A stretch of DNA of 64,000 nucleotides from Spirulina sp. (GCA_044070495.1 JBIPSI010000003.1:128001-192000), one strand, 5' to 3'. Numbered from the stretch's first letter, positions 17,958 to 29,108 are shown. Notes: generated from the letters alone by a model not told the origin. Numbers and translations: made by a program.

Positions 17958-19685
17958 ATGAAACTGCTTCTCTTCCTGTTAACCACCAGTGCCCTGGTGC
18001 TTTGGGTGGGCTTAGCCCCTGCCCAGGCAGAGGATTTCGCCCTCAACTTTGATCCTCCGGCCTTGCCCCAGCCCAGCCCGCCGCCAGAGCCGCCAGAGCC
18101 GCCAGAGCCTACCCCATTCCTGCCCCCAGAACAGCGACCTCTGCCCATTCCTAGCCACGGCACCCGCCCCCCCATGCGCTTTCATTCCCCCAGTCAACTG
18201 CCCAGCGGGGTAAACCGACAGGCGGTGGCGGTGGCCCTCAACGAAGGCCATTCGGCCATGGACGTGCTGCCCCCGGTGCCGCCTAGGATGGAGCCAGATC
18301 CCGCCGTGGTTGAGGCCCCAGCGCCCGATGCGACTCCACCGGATCCCGTAGCGGCTATCCCCCCTGAGCCAGCACCCAAGCCCGACGACGTGATCTTGAG
18401 CTTTGGGGTAGATTCCACCGATGCCTCGGCAACGGTGGCCCAGGCCGAGCCAGAACCCCCTCCGGCGACGCCCCCTCCGGCTCCCGTGCTATCTACCTTG
18501 TTTGAAGGGGGCAATCAGTCTTTGGTGGCCCGTACCGTGGGCAGTGCCGAGGGCACCCGCACCGCCACGGGGGGGTTCACCTCCGCTTACCATGGCCACA
18601 CCGACCCCGGCAACCGGGCCTGGAATATGGGCACCTTCTCCTACCAGCATGGGGCCACCTCGGCGGCGGAGGCGGATCGCAAGCAGCTCAAGCGCCTGCA
18701 ATCTCAGACTGGGGTGCTGGAGCGGCGGGCTTTGAACCGGGGCATGAACCTAACCCTGGAGGAAACCCTCAACGGCATCGACCTGGCTAACCAATCGCCC
18801 CTGGCCTCCATTGGGCGGGTGGGCTACATCGAGCGGCTGTCGGAGGTGAGAACCTGGGGGCTGGAGGGAACCGAGGCCATCGTCGTGGCCCGCACCCGGT
18901 CGTACATCAACCCCAACACGGGCCGCTGGAATGCCCCCGGCCTAGGCAACACCGAAGCCAGCATCACCCGCGACCAACGCCGCCGCACCGATGCCATCGC
19001 CCGCGCCCTAGAAGCCTATCGCCTAGAGTATCCCCACCTAAACTTGGCTCCTACCCTGGTCACCATCGCTCCCCCAGAGGTGCTAGCGGCGGCTCAGCCC
19101 CCCGTCCTGCTCCCCACCCCGGAACCGGAACCGGATACCGTGCCTGTGAAGATGGCAGATTTCTCCGAACCCCCGTCATCGGAAGCTCCCCTGGCTGAAA
19201 CCCCAGCATCGGAAAACTCACTATCTGAAAACTCCCTGGCTGAAACCCCAGCATCGGAAAACTCACCGCCGGAAAACCCCTCGTCTGTAGGCGCATCGTT
19301 GGTAAACGCATCGGACGAACCAGCAAGGACACCCGATCAACATGCAGATACCCTAAACCTTCCCTCCGCAGAACCCGTCAATCCCCCAGAACTCGCTAGT
19401 CAACAGGATGATCAACAGGCTGACGACTTCGCTGTAACGTCCCCAGAAGCGACCGAGTCCGTTGCCACTGTAACGTTCCCAGAAGCGACCGAGTCCGTTG
19501 CCACTGACCCACTGCCCCCAACGCCGCCTGCCCCAGATTCGGCCAATGCAGAGGCAAATCCATCAAACGTTGCCGATTCACCCATCGATCCAGCCGCTGA
19601 AACGATGGAGGTGACGACTCCAGCAACGGCATCCTCTGACGATCAGGACATGGCCCCATCCGCCCCCTCCCCAGCCACGCCATAA
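17958..19685 (+). CDS. Secreted Pro-rich protein with a central conserved domain (possibly lysozyme-like)
   Basis: Signal peptide; VARTVGSAEGT..AY.GH.DPGN..N.GTFSYQHG core; internal 45-bp and 36-bp tandem repeats near 19185-19505. Confidence 0.75.
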   Translation: MKLLLFLLTTSALVLWVGLAPAQAEDFALNFDPPALPQPSPPPEPPEPPEPTPFLPPEQRPLPIPSHGTRPPMRFHSPSQLPSGVNRQAVAVALNEGHSAMDVLPPVPPRMEPDPAVVEAPAPDATPPDPVAAIPPEPAPKPDDVILSFGVDSTDASATVAQAEPEPPPATPPPAPVLSTLFEGGNQSLVARTVGSAEGTRTATGGFTSAYHGHTDPGNRAWNMGTFSYQHGATSAAEADRKQLKRLQSQTGVLERRALNRGMNLTLEETLNGIDLANQSPLASIGRVGYIERLSEVRTWGLEGTEAIVVARTRSYINPNTGRWNAPGLGNTEASITRDQRRRTDAIARALEAYRLEYPHLNLAPTLVTIAPPEVLAAAQPPVLLPTPEPEPDTVPVKMADFSEPPSSEAPLAETPASENSLSENSLAETPASENSPPENPSSVGASLVNASDEPARTPDQHADTLNLPSAEPVNPPELASQQDDQQADDFAVTSPEATESVATVTFPEATESVATDPLPPTPPAPDSANAEANPSNVADSPIDPAAETMEVTTPATASSDDQDMAPSAPSPATP

Positions 19686-19741
19686 CCCGCCCAGGGATAG
19701 TTTTGGTAAAGTGGTACTGAGTACGATTTATACCCTTCACC

Positions 19742-20188
19742 ATGGCTATCCCCGTCTCCCCAACACCGCCCATCACCTCCCTGGAGGACGCGCTAGAGCG
19801 GTGTCAGGCCTTGGGAATGCGCCTCAGCCGCCAGCGGCGCTACATCCTAGAACTGCTTTGGCAGCAGCAGGGGCATCTGTCGGCGCGGGAAATTTACCAT
19901 CGCCTCAACCAGCAGGGGCGGGAGATTGGCCATACCTCGGTGTACCAAAACCTGGATGCCCTCTCGGAGCAGGGCATTATTGAATGCGTGGATCGGGCCG
20001 ATGGGCGGCTCTATGGCCCCACTAGCAGTTCCCATAGCCACGTTAACTGTCTGGATACGGAGGAAATCATCGATGTGGATGTGGTGCTACCAGCGGAACT
20101 GATTCAACACATCGAGGCCCAAACTGGGGTTTCTATTATCGACTACCGGATTGATTTCTTTGGCACCAAAACCGCTGCGGTGGGCTAG
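19742..20188 (+). CDS. furC: Fur-family regulator, FurC/PerR type
   Basis: SLEDALERCQ.LGMR.SRQRR.IL, IGHTSVYQNL, HSHVNCLDT. Confidence 0.85.
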   Translation: MAIPVSPTPPITSLEDALERCQALGMRLSRQRRYILELLWQQQGHLSAREIYHRLNQQGREIGHTSVYQNLDALSEQGIIECVDRADGRLYGPTSSSHSHVNCLDTEEIIDVDVVLPAELIQHIEAQTGVSIIDYRIDFFGTKTAAVG

Positions 20189-20382
20189 CGCTTCGTCCGG
20201 ATTGGGGGCGGATTGGACTGTATGAAAACCTTGGGCATCGGATGAATCGAATTTCCTGGAGTTCTTGGATTCCCTGGATTCCCTGAACCTGAAGAACTAG
20301 ATTCACGCAGATGCCCTAGGCGTCTCGATAGGGCATCTGCCTGGTGTTGTCCTTCCCCGTCCTTTATTACCTGATGTCGCCC

Positions 20383-20766
20383 ATGCAACGGCCCCTCCTT
20401 TCCCTTGGCTTGATGGCTAGCGTCCTGACTCTGGCCCTACCCGCCGCCGCCCGTCCAGAACTCGCCAGTGGTGACCAACTGCTGAATACCGATGTTGCCG
20501 GATGCCTCGCCGCCGCCGATCAGTTTATTCAAGACTTGGGAATTGAGTTTTCCCAGGGCAGCATCGACCGCACGGGCTATTTTGAAGACGGCGTCTTCCG
20601 CATTCTGTGCTACGGAGCCGGAGAAGAGGAAAGCTTGGCGGTGGTGTTTGCCAGCCACGACACCTCGAGCGATGCGGTGGCCGACTTCATCCAACTGGCC
20701 CTCAGCTCCCTCAGTCGCCTTCAGCCGGAGACCCCATCGGCCCAAGGTCTTCCCCAGGAAGACTAG
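20383..20766 (+). CDS. Hypothetical secreted protein
   Basis: Signal peptide ending AAA; two Cys. Confidence 0.7.
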   Translation: MQRPLLSLGLMASVLTLALPAAARPELASGDQLLNTDVAGCLAAADQFIQDLGIEFSQGSIDRTGYFEDGVFRILCYGAGEEESLAVVFASHDTSSDAVADFIQLALSSLSRLQPETPSAQGLPQED

Positions 20767-20995
20767 GCGATCTAGATATTTTGTTAGATTGGAGCGTCTG
20801 GAGCGGTTATTGGCGGTTATCGCTATCGTCACTTGAGCCAGAACATTCAGACAACCTTCAAACCTTGGAACGTTCTAACCTTTAAAGGGGCAATGTCTCA
20901 ACCAGACTGGCTGCGGCTATCGTTATGGGTTATTGGCTGGTTCAAAAGTGCCCCATTGATCGCTACACTACCCCCAACTACGGAGGGGAACGATC

Positions 20996-21919
20996 ATGGA
21001 ATCTAGTGCGTTAACGACCCTTTTTCTGCCCCTAGCCCTGTTTGCCGTCATGCTGGGGATGGGCCTGGGGCTACGGGTTGAAGATTTTAAGCGGGTGGTG
21101 GTCTATCCAAAATTAGTGATTGTGGGGCTGATGGCCCAGTTGGTGATGCTGCCAATGCTAGGGTTTCTCCTAGCTACGGTTTTTCCCCTACAGCCTGAGC
21201 TGGCGGTGGGGATGATTCTGCTAACGGCCTGCCCAGGGGGGCCAACCTCGAACGTGATGACCTATTTGGCGCGAGGCAATGTGGCTCTTTCGATTTCCCT
21301 CACCGCCCTCAGTAGCATGATCACGGTGTTGACCATTCCCCTGGTGATTAACCTGGCCATGGGGCGTTTTTTAGGCGCAACGACGACTCTACAACTACCC
21401 TTCCTGGCTACGGTTCTTCAAATTGCGGTGATTACCATCATTCCGGTGGGGCTGGGAATGATGGTCAACCACTATCGCCCCCGCACCGCCGCCCAAATCG
21501 AACGGGGAGTGAAGTGGCTATCCCTCTTTTTGCTAGGGGTGATTATCGCCGGACTGTTGATTCAACAACGCGCTAACCTGCTCGATTTCTTTGCTCAGGT
21601 GGGGGTTGTCATGCTCGTGCTAAATCTGGTGGCCATGGGGCTAAGCTATGGGATCGCCCGCGCCTGCCGCCTCGATGACCCCAGTAGCACAGCCATCACG
21701 ATAGAGGTGGGCACCCAGAACGGCACCCTCGCCATTGCTCTGGCTAGCTCGCCCCTGTTTCTCAACCAGCCCGACCTCGCCATTCCCGCCGCCATCTACA
21801 GTCTGCTGATGTTTGCCACGGGCCTCGCCTTTGCCACCTGGAAAAGCAAAACCCCCAGGCTTGCCAACATTGAAGCTGCCCCTCATCCCGATGGTGATCC
21901 CATCGGTGGGCGTAAGTAG
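20996..21919 (+). CDS. Bile acid:sodium symporter family transporter
   Basis: CPGGPTSN, GNVALS, EVGTQN; multi-TM. Confidence 0.93.
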   Translation: MESSALTTLFLPLALFAVMLGMGLGLRVEDFKRVVVYPKLVIVGLMAQLVMLPMLGFLLATVFPLQPELAVGMILLTACPGGPTSNVMTYLARGNVALSISLTALSSMITVLTIPLVINLAMGRFLGATTTLQLPFLATVLQIAVITIIPVGLGMMVNHYRPRTAAQIERGVKWLSLFLLGVIIAGLLIQQRANLLDFFAQVGVVMLVLNLVAMGLSYGIARACRLDDPSSTAITIEVGTQNGTLAIALASSPLFLNQPDLAIPAAIYSLLMFATGLAFATWKSKTPRLANIEAAPHPDGDPIGGRK

Positions 21920-21949
21920 TAACCCGTCTGGGCCGCCCCCCTAACCATC

Positions 21950-21970
21950 GTAGGGTGGGCACTGCCCACC
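21950..21970 (+). repeat. REP family A copy
   Basis: GTAGGGTGGGCACTGCCCACC between convergent genes. Confidence 0.8.
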
Positions 21971-22053
21971 ATGAGGGAGAACGTTTTCCAGAAATCTCCT
22001 CAGGGTTGATCCCCTAGGCTGCCGAAGGAAAGGGGCTTTGAGCCTGACTTGGA

Positions 22054-23505
22054 TTAGCCTAGCTGGGGGCGCTGTTTGTGCCAGTCGGTGGATTGCTCGT
22101 AGGCGTAGCCCACCTCAAACAGCAGGTCTTCGCGCAGCACGTTGCCAATCAGTTGCAGGCCGATGGGTAGGCCCAGGTCATCAAAGCCGCAGGGGATACT
22201 CATCCCCGGCAGACCCGCCAGATTCACGGGAATCGTCATCAAGTCAGAGAGGTACATGCTGAGGGGGTCGTCCACCTTGTCACCGGCTTTGAAGGCGGTG
22301 GTGGGGGCGGTGGGGCACACCAGCACATCCACGCTGGCAAAGGCTTTCTCAAAGTCTTGTTTGATTAGGGTACGCACCTTTTGGGCCTTCAGATAGTAGG
22401 CGTCGTAGTAGCCCGCCGACAGGGCGTAGGTGCCGATCATAATCCGCCGCTTCACCTCATCCCCGAAGCCCTCGGCGCGGGTTTTGGTGTACATGGTGAT
22501 CAGGCTGTCGTTGTCCTTGCGGGCACCGTATTTCACACCGTCGTAGCGGGCCAGGTTGGAGGAGGCCTCCGAGGGGGCAATGATGTAGTAGGTGGGCAGA
22601 CCGTAGGGGAACTGAGGGCAGGAGATTTCCTGGATTTCGGCTCCCAGGTCTTTGAGTTGTTGAATCGCTTTTTCCGTGGCGGCTCTCACGGCGGGGTCGA
22701 TGCCCTCGGCGGCAAAGGTTTCGGTGATGATGCCAATTTTGCGGCCCTTCAGGTCGGTTTTGAGGAACTGGGTATAGTCGGGCACGGGCACATCCAAACT
22801 GGTGGAGTCGCGCCGATCATGGCCCGCAATCGCCCCCAGCAGCAGGGCGGCATCCTCCACGGTGGGAGTCAGTGGCCCAATTTGATCCAACGACGAGGCA
22901 TAGGCCACTAGCCCAAACCGAGACACCAGGCCGTAGGTCGGCTTTAGACCCACCACGCCACAGAAGGACGCGGGCTGACGAATAGACCCGCCCGTATCCG
23001 AGCCTAGGGCCACGGCACATTCCCCCGCCGCCACCGCCGCCGCCGATCCGCCAGAGGATCCACCGGGCACCCGCTCCACATCCCAGGGGTTGCCCGTGAG
23101 CTGGTAGGCGGAATTTTCCGTGGAACTGCCCATGGCGAACTCGTCCAGGTTCGTTTTGCCCAAGGCCACCATTCCGGCATCTTTGAGCTTTTGGGTAACG
23201 GTGGATTCGTAGGGGGGCACAAAATTTTCTAGCACCTTAGATCCGCAGGTGGTGCGGATGCCCTCGGTGCAAAGGTTGTCCTTCAGGCCGATGGGAATCC
23301 CCGCCAGGGGGCCAATGTCCTCCCCAGCGGCAAGTTTGGCATCCACCGCTGCCGCCTGGGCCAAGGCCGCATCGGCAGTCACCGTCAGATAGCTGTGCAG
23401 CTTGGGTTCCAGAGCCGTCATCCGGTCGAGGTATCCCTGGGCGATCTCCACCGCAGAGCGCTCTTTGCTGACCAACTGTTGATGCAGTTCGCGGATGACA
23501 GACAT
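22054..23505 (-). CDS. gatA: Asp/Glu-tRNA amidotransferase subunit A
   Basis: [40 protein letters not shown]. Confidence 0.97.
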   Translation of the reverse strand: MSVIRELHQQLVSKERSAVEIAQGYLDRMTALEPKLHSYLTVTADAALAQAAAVDAKLAAGEDIGPLAGIPIGLKDNLCTEGIRTTCGSKVLENFVPPYESTVTQKLKDAGMVALGKTNLDEFAMGSSTENSAYQLTGNPWDVERVPGGSSGGSAAAVAAGECAVALGSDTGGSIRQPASFCGVVGLKPTYGLVSRFGLVAYASSLDQIGPLTPTVEDAALLLGAIAGHDRRDSTSLDVPVPDYTQFLKTDLKGRKIGIITETFAAEGIDPAVRAATEKAIQQLKDLGAEIQEISCPQFPYGLPTYYIIAPSEASSNLARYDGVKYGARKDNDSLITMYTKTRAEGFGDEVKRRIMIGTYALSAGYYDAYYLKAQKVRTLIKQDFEKAFASVDVLVCPTAPTTAFKAGDKVDDPLSMYLSDLMTIPVNLAGLPGMSIPCGFDDLGLPIGLQLIGNVLREDLLFEVGYAYEQSTDWHKQRPQLG

Positions 23506-23624
23506 GGAATTCCTCGGATTTGCCACAAACACCAAAGTACCAGTATAGGCGGGTTCTGGCCCAGTCTCTTGGTCGATGGCTGGCATTATTTTCCGAGATT
23601 AGGCTAAACAATTCGTCCCGTCTA

Positions 23625-24164
23625 TCACCAATAGGCAGGATCATTCAAGGCTGGCACACAGGAACAACGCCCAGGAATTGGCTCAATGGCCTCCTGCGTT
23701 AGGGCTTGCCCTAGCCATCCCTCCGGTTGGGAAAGTGCCAGCGGCGCGGCAATGACATTCTGCGACAGCGGGCGGAACCCCACCTTTGAATAGAAGGCCG
23801 GATCCCCGTAGGTGGTGACGACGTTGACCCCTTTGGACTTAAGCTCTTGCAGTCCATGGGTAATCAAAGCTTGCCCGATTCCTTGGCCCTGATAGTCTGT
23901 TTGAACGGCGACGGGAGCCAAAATAAATACATCAATATTTGACGCAAAGGTGAGCCGACTAAAAAATATGGAGCCAACGATGTTCTCGCCATCAACGGCC
24001 ACAAAGCCGTAAAGATTCTGCGGGTCAGTAGTGGACATCAACTGCTGAGCTAGGTGGCCAATTAAGGCTCCTTCCCGCTCTCCTTCCGACTGGGAAAAGA
24101 CGAATATAAAGAGATTTTCTATGGCTGATGCCTCGTTCGGCTGATGGGATCTATACGCTATCAT
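23625..24164 (-). CDS. GNAT N-acetyltransferase (YhbS-like)
   Basis: LAPVAV, QGQGIG, YGDPAFYSKVGF. Confidence 0.88.
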   Translation of the reverse strand: MIAYRSHQPNEASAIENLFIFVFSQSEGEREGALIGHLAQQLMSTTDPQNLYGFVAVDGENIVGSIFFSRLTFASNIDVFILAPVAVQTDYQGQGIGQALITHGLQELKSKGVNVVTTYGDPAFYSKVGFRPLSQNVIAAPLALSQPEGWLGQALTQEAIEPIPGRCSCVPALNDPAYW

Positions 24165-24273
24165 TGGCGTTTCTCTTGTTTGAAATGGCTTGAAGAACCT
24201 GATGCTTGAACCGCTAACCCTCTGATCTCCTGACCTATAGCAGATTGCAGTTGGATGCGGTACGGGCAACGGG

Positions 24274-24293
24274 CAAGGGGCTTAAGCCCCTTG
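24274..24293. repeat. Perfect 20-bp palindrome (short dispersed repeat)
   Basis: CAAGGGGCTTAAGCCCCTTG. Confidence 0.75.
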
Positions 24294-24314
24294 TTATGGG
24301 ACTGATTCTCCAGC

Positions 24315-25400
24315 CTAACGATATCGGTTCTTTTTATGCTTCATGACCGATTTCACCATTTTGCCAAACGCTTTATCTTTTTCCCGTTTTTCAACGTAGG
24401 ACATTTGGTTAAAGTCTGACTCTTTTTTGATTTTTAGGTAGTTTTGATAGCGCTGTTCTGATAGGGTGCCGTCTTCTATAGCGGATAGCACCGCACAACC
24501 CTCTTCATTGGTGTGGGAACAGTTGGAAAATTTGCAGGTTTGGGTAAGCGCTGTGATGTCTGAAAAGGTTTCGTCTAACCCGTCATCAACGGCCATGCTG
24601 CCGAGTTCTCGCATTCCTGGGGTGTCGATGATCATCGCCCCGTTGTCTAGGCAAACGAGCTGACGCTGGGTGGTCGTGTGACGACCTTTGCTCTGGAGTT
24701 TGCTGACGGCTTGAGTATCGTATTTTTCGTAGCCAATCAGGCTGTTAAGTAGCGTTGTTTTACCTACCCCAGAGGAACCTAGTAGACAGTAGGTAAATCC
24801 ACTTTTTAGTAATCCGGTTACCGCATCAACATCATCCTGATTCAAGTTGCTAAACGCCATCACGCAAGCCTGGGGGGCAATGGCAAAAATCTTTTCCTTG
24901 ATGTTTTCTATCTCCTCCCCTGACATTAAATCCGCCTTGCTGAGGAGAATAATTGGCTCAATGCCGCCTTCGTTGACCATCACCAGATAACGTTCTAGCC
25001 TACGCAGATTGAAGTTCTCATTCAACGATTGCATGATAAAAGCGACATCAAGATTGGCCGCAATCAACTGAAAGTCTATCGCCTTCCCAGCGGCCTTTCG
25101 GCGTAGGAGGGTTTTTCTGGGCAACACCCCGTGGATAATCCCATGGCTATCGTTATCAAAACAGTCGGCATAGACCCAATCCCCCGTGGTCGGCAGATCG
25201 CATTCGGATTCGATGCGGTACAGCAAATGCCCCGATAACTCGGCAAAGATCCCGGCCCCTCCCTTCGTGATGGTGTAGCTGTCTTTGTGAACCGACACCA
25301 CACGAGCAACGGCGTGGGCCGCCACCATGGCCTCGTCCACGCGATGGTTAAACCAGTCGTGATACCCCAGGCGTTCTAGACTATCCATTGTCATGGCCAT
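24315..25400 (-). CDS. rsgA: Ribosome small subunit-dependent GTPase A
   Basis: SKAD, GSSGVGKTT, GRHTTT, DTPG, CKFSNCSH..E.GC zinc site. Confidence 0.93.
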   Translation of the reverse strand: MAMTMDSLERLGYHDWFNHRVDEAMVAAHAVARVVSVHKDSYTITKGGAGIFAELSGHLLYRIESECDLPTTGDWVYADCFDNDSHGIIHGVLPRKTLLRRKAAGKAIDFQLIAANLDVAFIMQSLNENFNLRRLERYLVMVNEGGIEPIILLSKADLMSGEEIENIKEKIFAIAPQACVMAFSNLNQDDVDAVTGLLKSGFTYCLLGSSGVGKTTLLNSLIGYEKYDTQAVSKLQSKGRHTTTQRQLVCLDNGAMIIDTPGMRELGSMAVDDGLDETFSDITALTQTCKFSNCSHTNEEGCAVLSAIEDGTLSEQRYQNYLKIKKESDFNQMSYVEKREKDKAFGKMVKSVMKHKKNRYR

Positions 25401-25439
25401 GGTTGCTTGAGTCGGGGGGCAATCCGTTCCGCCTTTACC

Positions 25440-26648
25440 CTAGACCGGAACCGCTTCGGCCTTGATGGCAAAGATGCGTTCGATGGTGTCTTCCACGGAG
25501 CGGTCGGGGGTGGAGGCCCCAGAGGTGACACCCACCACCAGAGGGCCAGCGGGGAGCCAGTTTTCGGTGACGGTCATCTCACCGTGGAGGAGTTTGTGTT
25601 CGATGCGGTTACCGGGGCCAATGCGGCTGGCGCTGTCGATGTGGTAGGAGGGAATGTTGCGCTCCACAGCAATTTCTTGCAGGTGGGTGGTGTTGGAGGA
25701 GTTGTAGCCGCCGATTACTACCATCACATCGAGTTTTTCATCCACCAGCTTGAACATGGCATCTTGGCGTTCTTGGGTGGCATCGCAGATGGTGTTGAAG
25801 CTGAGGAAGTGGTCGTTGAGGGTTTGGGGGCCGTATTTTTTCAGCATGGTGTGCTCAAAAAGTTTGCCGATTTGCTCGGTTTCGCCCTTGAGCATGGTGG
25901 TTTGGTTGGCGATGCCGATGCGGTCTAGGTCGGTGTCTGGATCGAACCCAGCGGAGCAAGCTTTGCCGAATTTGGCCATAAATTCCTCGCGGTTGCCGCC
26001 GTTGAGGATGTAGTTAGCGACGTATTCCGCCTGTTCCAAATTCAGAACAATCAAATACTTGCCCGCAAAGGAACTGGTGGCCACGGTTTCTTCATGGTTA
26101 TATTTGCCGTGGATGATGGAGGTGTGGTCTTTTTTCTTGTGCTTTTCCACGGTGTTCCACACCTTAGAAACCCAGGGGCAGGTGGTATCCACAATGGTGC
26201 AGCCCTTGTCGTTAAGCAACTGCATTTCCTGGACGCTGGCCCCAAAGGCGGGGAGAATCACCACATCGCCTTGACCGACCACCGAGAAATCCTTGTCGCC
26301 GTTGTTCATCTCAATAAAAGCGACTTTCATTTCCTTGAGGCGCTGGTTGACGCTGGGGTTGTGGATGATTTCGTTAGTAATCCAAATTTGCTCGGTGGGG
26401 AAGTGTTGTCGAGTTTCGTAGGCCATGGCCACCGCCCGTTCTACGCCCCAACAAAAGCCGAACGCCTCCGCCAGTTTGATGGTGACCTCACCACGGTTCA
26501 GCGTGTAATTTAGCGCCCGAATTTCCTGAATCAGACCACTGTTGTATTCGGTCTGCATCTGGTCGGCCACCTCATCCCCATGGCCAAAGCCCTTACGGAA
26601 ATAGTTCTCAGAATGGTGCAGGGAGCGCTTAAAGGCCTTGGTATCCAT
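25440..26648 (-). CDS. ispH: 4-hydroxy-3-methylbut-2-enyl diphosphate reductase
   Basis: [31 protein letters not shown]. Confidence 0.97.
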   Translation of the reverse strand: MDTKAFKRSLHHSENYFRKGFGHGDEVADQMQTEYNSGLIQEIRALNYTLNRGEVTIKLAEAFGFCWGVERAVAMAYETRQHFPTEQIWITNEIIHNPSVNQRLKEMKVAFIEMNNGDKDFSVVGQGDVVILPAFGASVQEMQLLNDKGCTIVDTTCPWVSKVWNTVEKHKKKDHTSIIHGKYNHEETVATSSFAGKYLIVLNLEQAEYVANYILNGGNREEFMAKFGKACSAGFDPDTDLDRIGIANQTTMLKGETEQIGKLFEHTMLKKYGPQTLNDHFLSFNTICDATQERQDAMFKLVDEKLDVMVVIGGYNSSNTTHLQEIAVERNIPSYHIDSASRIGPGNRIEHKLLHGEMTVTENWLPAGPLVVGVTSGASTPDRSVEDTIERIFAIKAEAVPV

Positions 26649-26837
26649 CGGTATTTCCCAGAGTGGCGACACGTTACCTAGGATAACGGGTTGTGCACCG
26701 GGTTTTGGTGCCATCAGCCTAGGAAAATCTCTATGGTTAGGGCAAAGGCTGGGCGCTAGGCGGCGGTTTGCCAAAACATTGATGTGACGGGTTGGGGCTG
26801 TCGTTATGATGAAGCCATGCGCTCCTAGGCCATTGCC

Positions 26838-27632
26838 ATGGTACAAGCCGACCTCTACAAAAACCTCCCCACCAGCGACGAGCTGCCCGACTCCGACGAT
26901 ACCCCCGTGGACAACGAAGACCAGAATCTCTTACCCAACTACCTGCTCTTTTTGCTGAAACTGATCTGGGCCGACCGCCAAGACTGGTACTTCGGGGTGG
27001 ATATGGGCATTTACCACACCACAGGGGAGGATCACCGTGTTCCGGTGATTCCCGATGGCTTTTTGGCCCTCGGCGTGCCCCGTCGCAAGCCCGGTCAGCG
27101 CTTCCGCAGAAGCTATGTGCTCTGGGAAGAAGCCGACACTGTGCCAACCATGACCCTAGAAATGGTGTCTTGGAGTCCGGGTGGGGAGTACGTCGAAAAA
27201 ATGGCCATCTACGCCAACCTCGGTGTTCTGTACTACGTCATCTACAACCCCGAATACTGGGGACGCGACAAGCACCAGCCCTTTGAGGTGTACAAACTCA
27301 TCGGTGGGAAATACCAACTGCAACGGGGTGAACCCTACTGGATGCCGGAAGTCGGCCTCGCCATTGGGCGGGCGCAGGGGCTGCTGGGCGGCGAGATTCG
27401 CGAGGTACTCACCTGGTTTGATGCCGAGGGCAACCGCTATCCGTCCGCCGAAGAAAAAGCCCTAGAACTGGAAGCCCAGGCCCAGGAATATCAATCCCAG
27501 GCCCAACAGGAACGTCAGGCCCGTCTAGGGGCTATTCAACCGCTCCATCAACGGGGACTCTCAACGGCGGAAATCGCCGCCATTCTGAGTTTGTCTGTGG
27601 ATGAGGTTGAGCAGGCGCTGAGATCTAGCTAA
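26838..27632 (+). CDS. Uma2-family (PD-(D/E)XK) endonuclease with C-terminal coiled-coil/HTH tail
   Basis: [25 protein letters not shown]. Confidence 0.9.
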   Translation: MVQADLYKNLPTSDELPDSDDTPVDNEDQNLLPNYLLFLLKLIWADRQDWYFGVDMGIYHTTGEDHRVPVIPDGFLALGVPRRKPGQRFRRSYVLWEEADTVPTMTLEMVSWSPGGEYVEKMAIYANLGVLYYVIYNPEYWGRDKHQPFEVYKLIGGKYQLQRGEPYWMPEVGLAIGRAQGLLGGEIREVLTWFDAEGNRYPSAEEKALELEAQAQEYQSQAQQERQARLGAIQPLHQRGLSTAEIAAILSLSVDEVEQALRSS

Positions 27633-27815
27633 CCTCAGTTCGGGCTAAGCCAAAAGCTATCATTTTGAGAAACCTGCTTCCAGCCTGAACTTTAGCCCTC
27701 ACCCTAAATCCCTCTCCCCAAGGGAGAGGGACTTTGAGCTTTGCTAGCTCCCCTCTCCTTGTGGGAGAGGGGTTGGGGGTGAGGGCTGCGGGGACTTTGC
27801 GATCTGCTGAGGTTA
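27630..27815. mobile_element. MITE-like repeat related to 60114-60282
   Basis: CCCTCACCCTAAATCCCTCTCCC..GGGAGAGGG hairpins; ends TAACCTCAG..CTGAGGTTA. Confidence 0.7.
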
Positions 27816-29108
27816 AGACTGCTGACGTTTGATCGCCATGGCCAGGGCTTTTTCGGTGGATAGGATGGCCTGCTGAATTTCGTCGGCATTCACGTTCAGG
27901 GGCGGCACAAAGCGCACCACCTGGGGGCCAGCCGGAACGAGCAGCAAGCCTTCGCCCATGGCGGCTTTGACAATATCTACGGATTTAATTGAGCTTTCGG
28001 GTTGCAGCACTAGGCCGTTGATTAGCCCCCAGCCGCGCACCTGCTCTAGCACAGTGGGATACTGCTGAATCATGCGTTGCAGCCCTAGGCGCAGTTGTTC
28101 GCCCCGCTGTTGCACGTTTTCCAACAGGTTTTCCGCCTCCAGGGTTTGGCAAACGGTGAGGCCCACTTTGCAGGCGAAGGGATTGCCGCCAAAGGTGCTG
28201 GCGTGGTCGCCCGGTTCAAACACATCGCAGGAGGCTTTGCAGAGCATGGCCCCAATGGGAATGCCGCCCCCCAAACCCTTGGCCGAGGTGAAGATATCCG
28301 GCTCGATACCGAGGTTTTCGTAGCCCCAGAGGGTGCCCGTGCGGCCCATGCCCACCTGCACCTCGTCCAGAATCAGCAGAATGCCCTTTTCGTCGCAGAT
28401 CTGCCGCACCCGTTGGAAATAGGCCCGATCCCCTGGGCAGACACCCCCTTCCCCCTGAAGCGCCTCTAGCATGATGGCCGCGACCTGGGGTGTTTCGGCG
28501 TCCAGTTCGGCCACCAAGGCTTCCAGGGCGGCAATATCGTTGTAGGGCACATAGGCAAAACCGGGCATCAGCGGGTCGAAGTTCTTCTGATACTTGGGTT
28601 GCCCGGTGGCGGTGATGGTGGCCAGGGTGCGTCCGTGGAAACTGGCCTGGGCGGTGATGATCAGCGGGTTAGTGATGCCCCGTTTGGTGTGGGCATACTT
28701 GCGGGCCAGCTTAATTGCCCCTTCGTTGGCCTCGGCCCCAGAGTTGCAGAAAAACGCCCGATCCGCACAGGAATGCTCCACCAGCCATTGGGCCAGGGCA
28801 CCCTGTTCGGGGATGTAGTAGAGGTTCGACACATGGTGCAGGGTTTGAATCTGCTGGCTGACGGCCTCCACCATAGCGGGGTGGGCATGGCCCAGGGTGC
28901 AGGTAGCAATTCCCGCCACAAAGTCTAGGTAGCGACGGCCCTGGTTATCCCACACAAAACAACCCTTGCCACGGGTGAGGGTGAGGGGAAAGCGCCCGTA
29001 GGTGGTCATCACCGCCGCATCGAACTGGGCCGGGGAGAAACCGTTGTGGCCGTTGCCGCTAAAGGGTAAGGACTTGAGAGACTTTTGGACGAGGGTTTTT
29101 AGGCTCAC
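27813..29108 (-). CDS. argD: Acetylornithine aminotransferase
   Basis: YLDFVAGIA, NSGAEANE, FHGRT, DEVQ.GMGRTG, AKGLGGG. Confidence 0.92.
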   Translation of the reverse strand: MSLKTLVQKSLKSLPFSGNGHNGFSPAQFDAAVMTTYGRFPLTLTRGKGCFVWDNQGRRYLDFVAGIATCTLGHAHPAMVEAVSQQIQTLHHVSNLYYIPEQGALAQWLVEHSCADRAFFCNSGAEANEGAIKLARKYAHTKRGITNPLIITAQASFHGRTLATITATGQPKYQKNFDPLMPGFAYVPYNDIAALEALVAELDAETPQVAAIMLEALQGEGGVCPGDRAYFQRVRQICDEKGILLILDEVQVGMGRTGTLWGYENLGIEPDIFTSAKGLGGGIPIGAMLCKASCDVFEPGDHASTFGGNPFACKVGLTVCQTLEAENLLENVQQRGEQLRLGLQRMIQQYPTVLEQVRGWGLINGLVLQPESSIKSVDIVKAAMGEGLLLVPAGPQVVRFVPPLNVNADEIQQAILSTEKALAMAIKRQQS

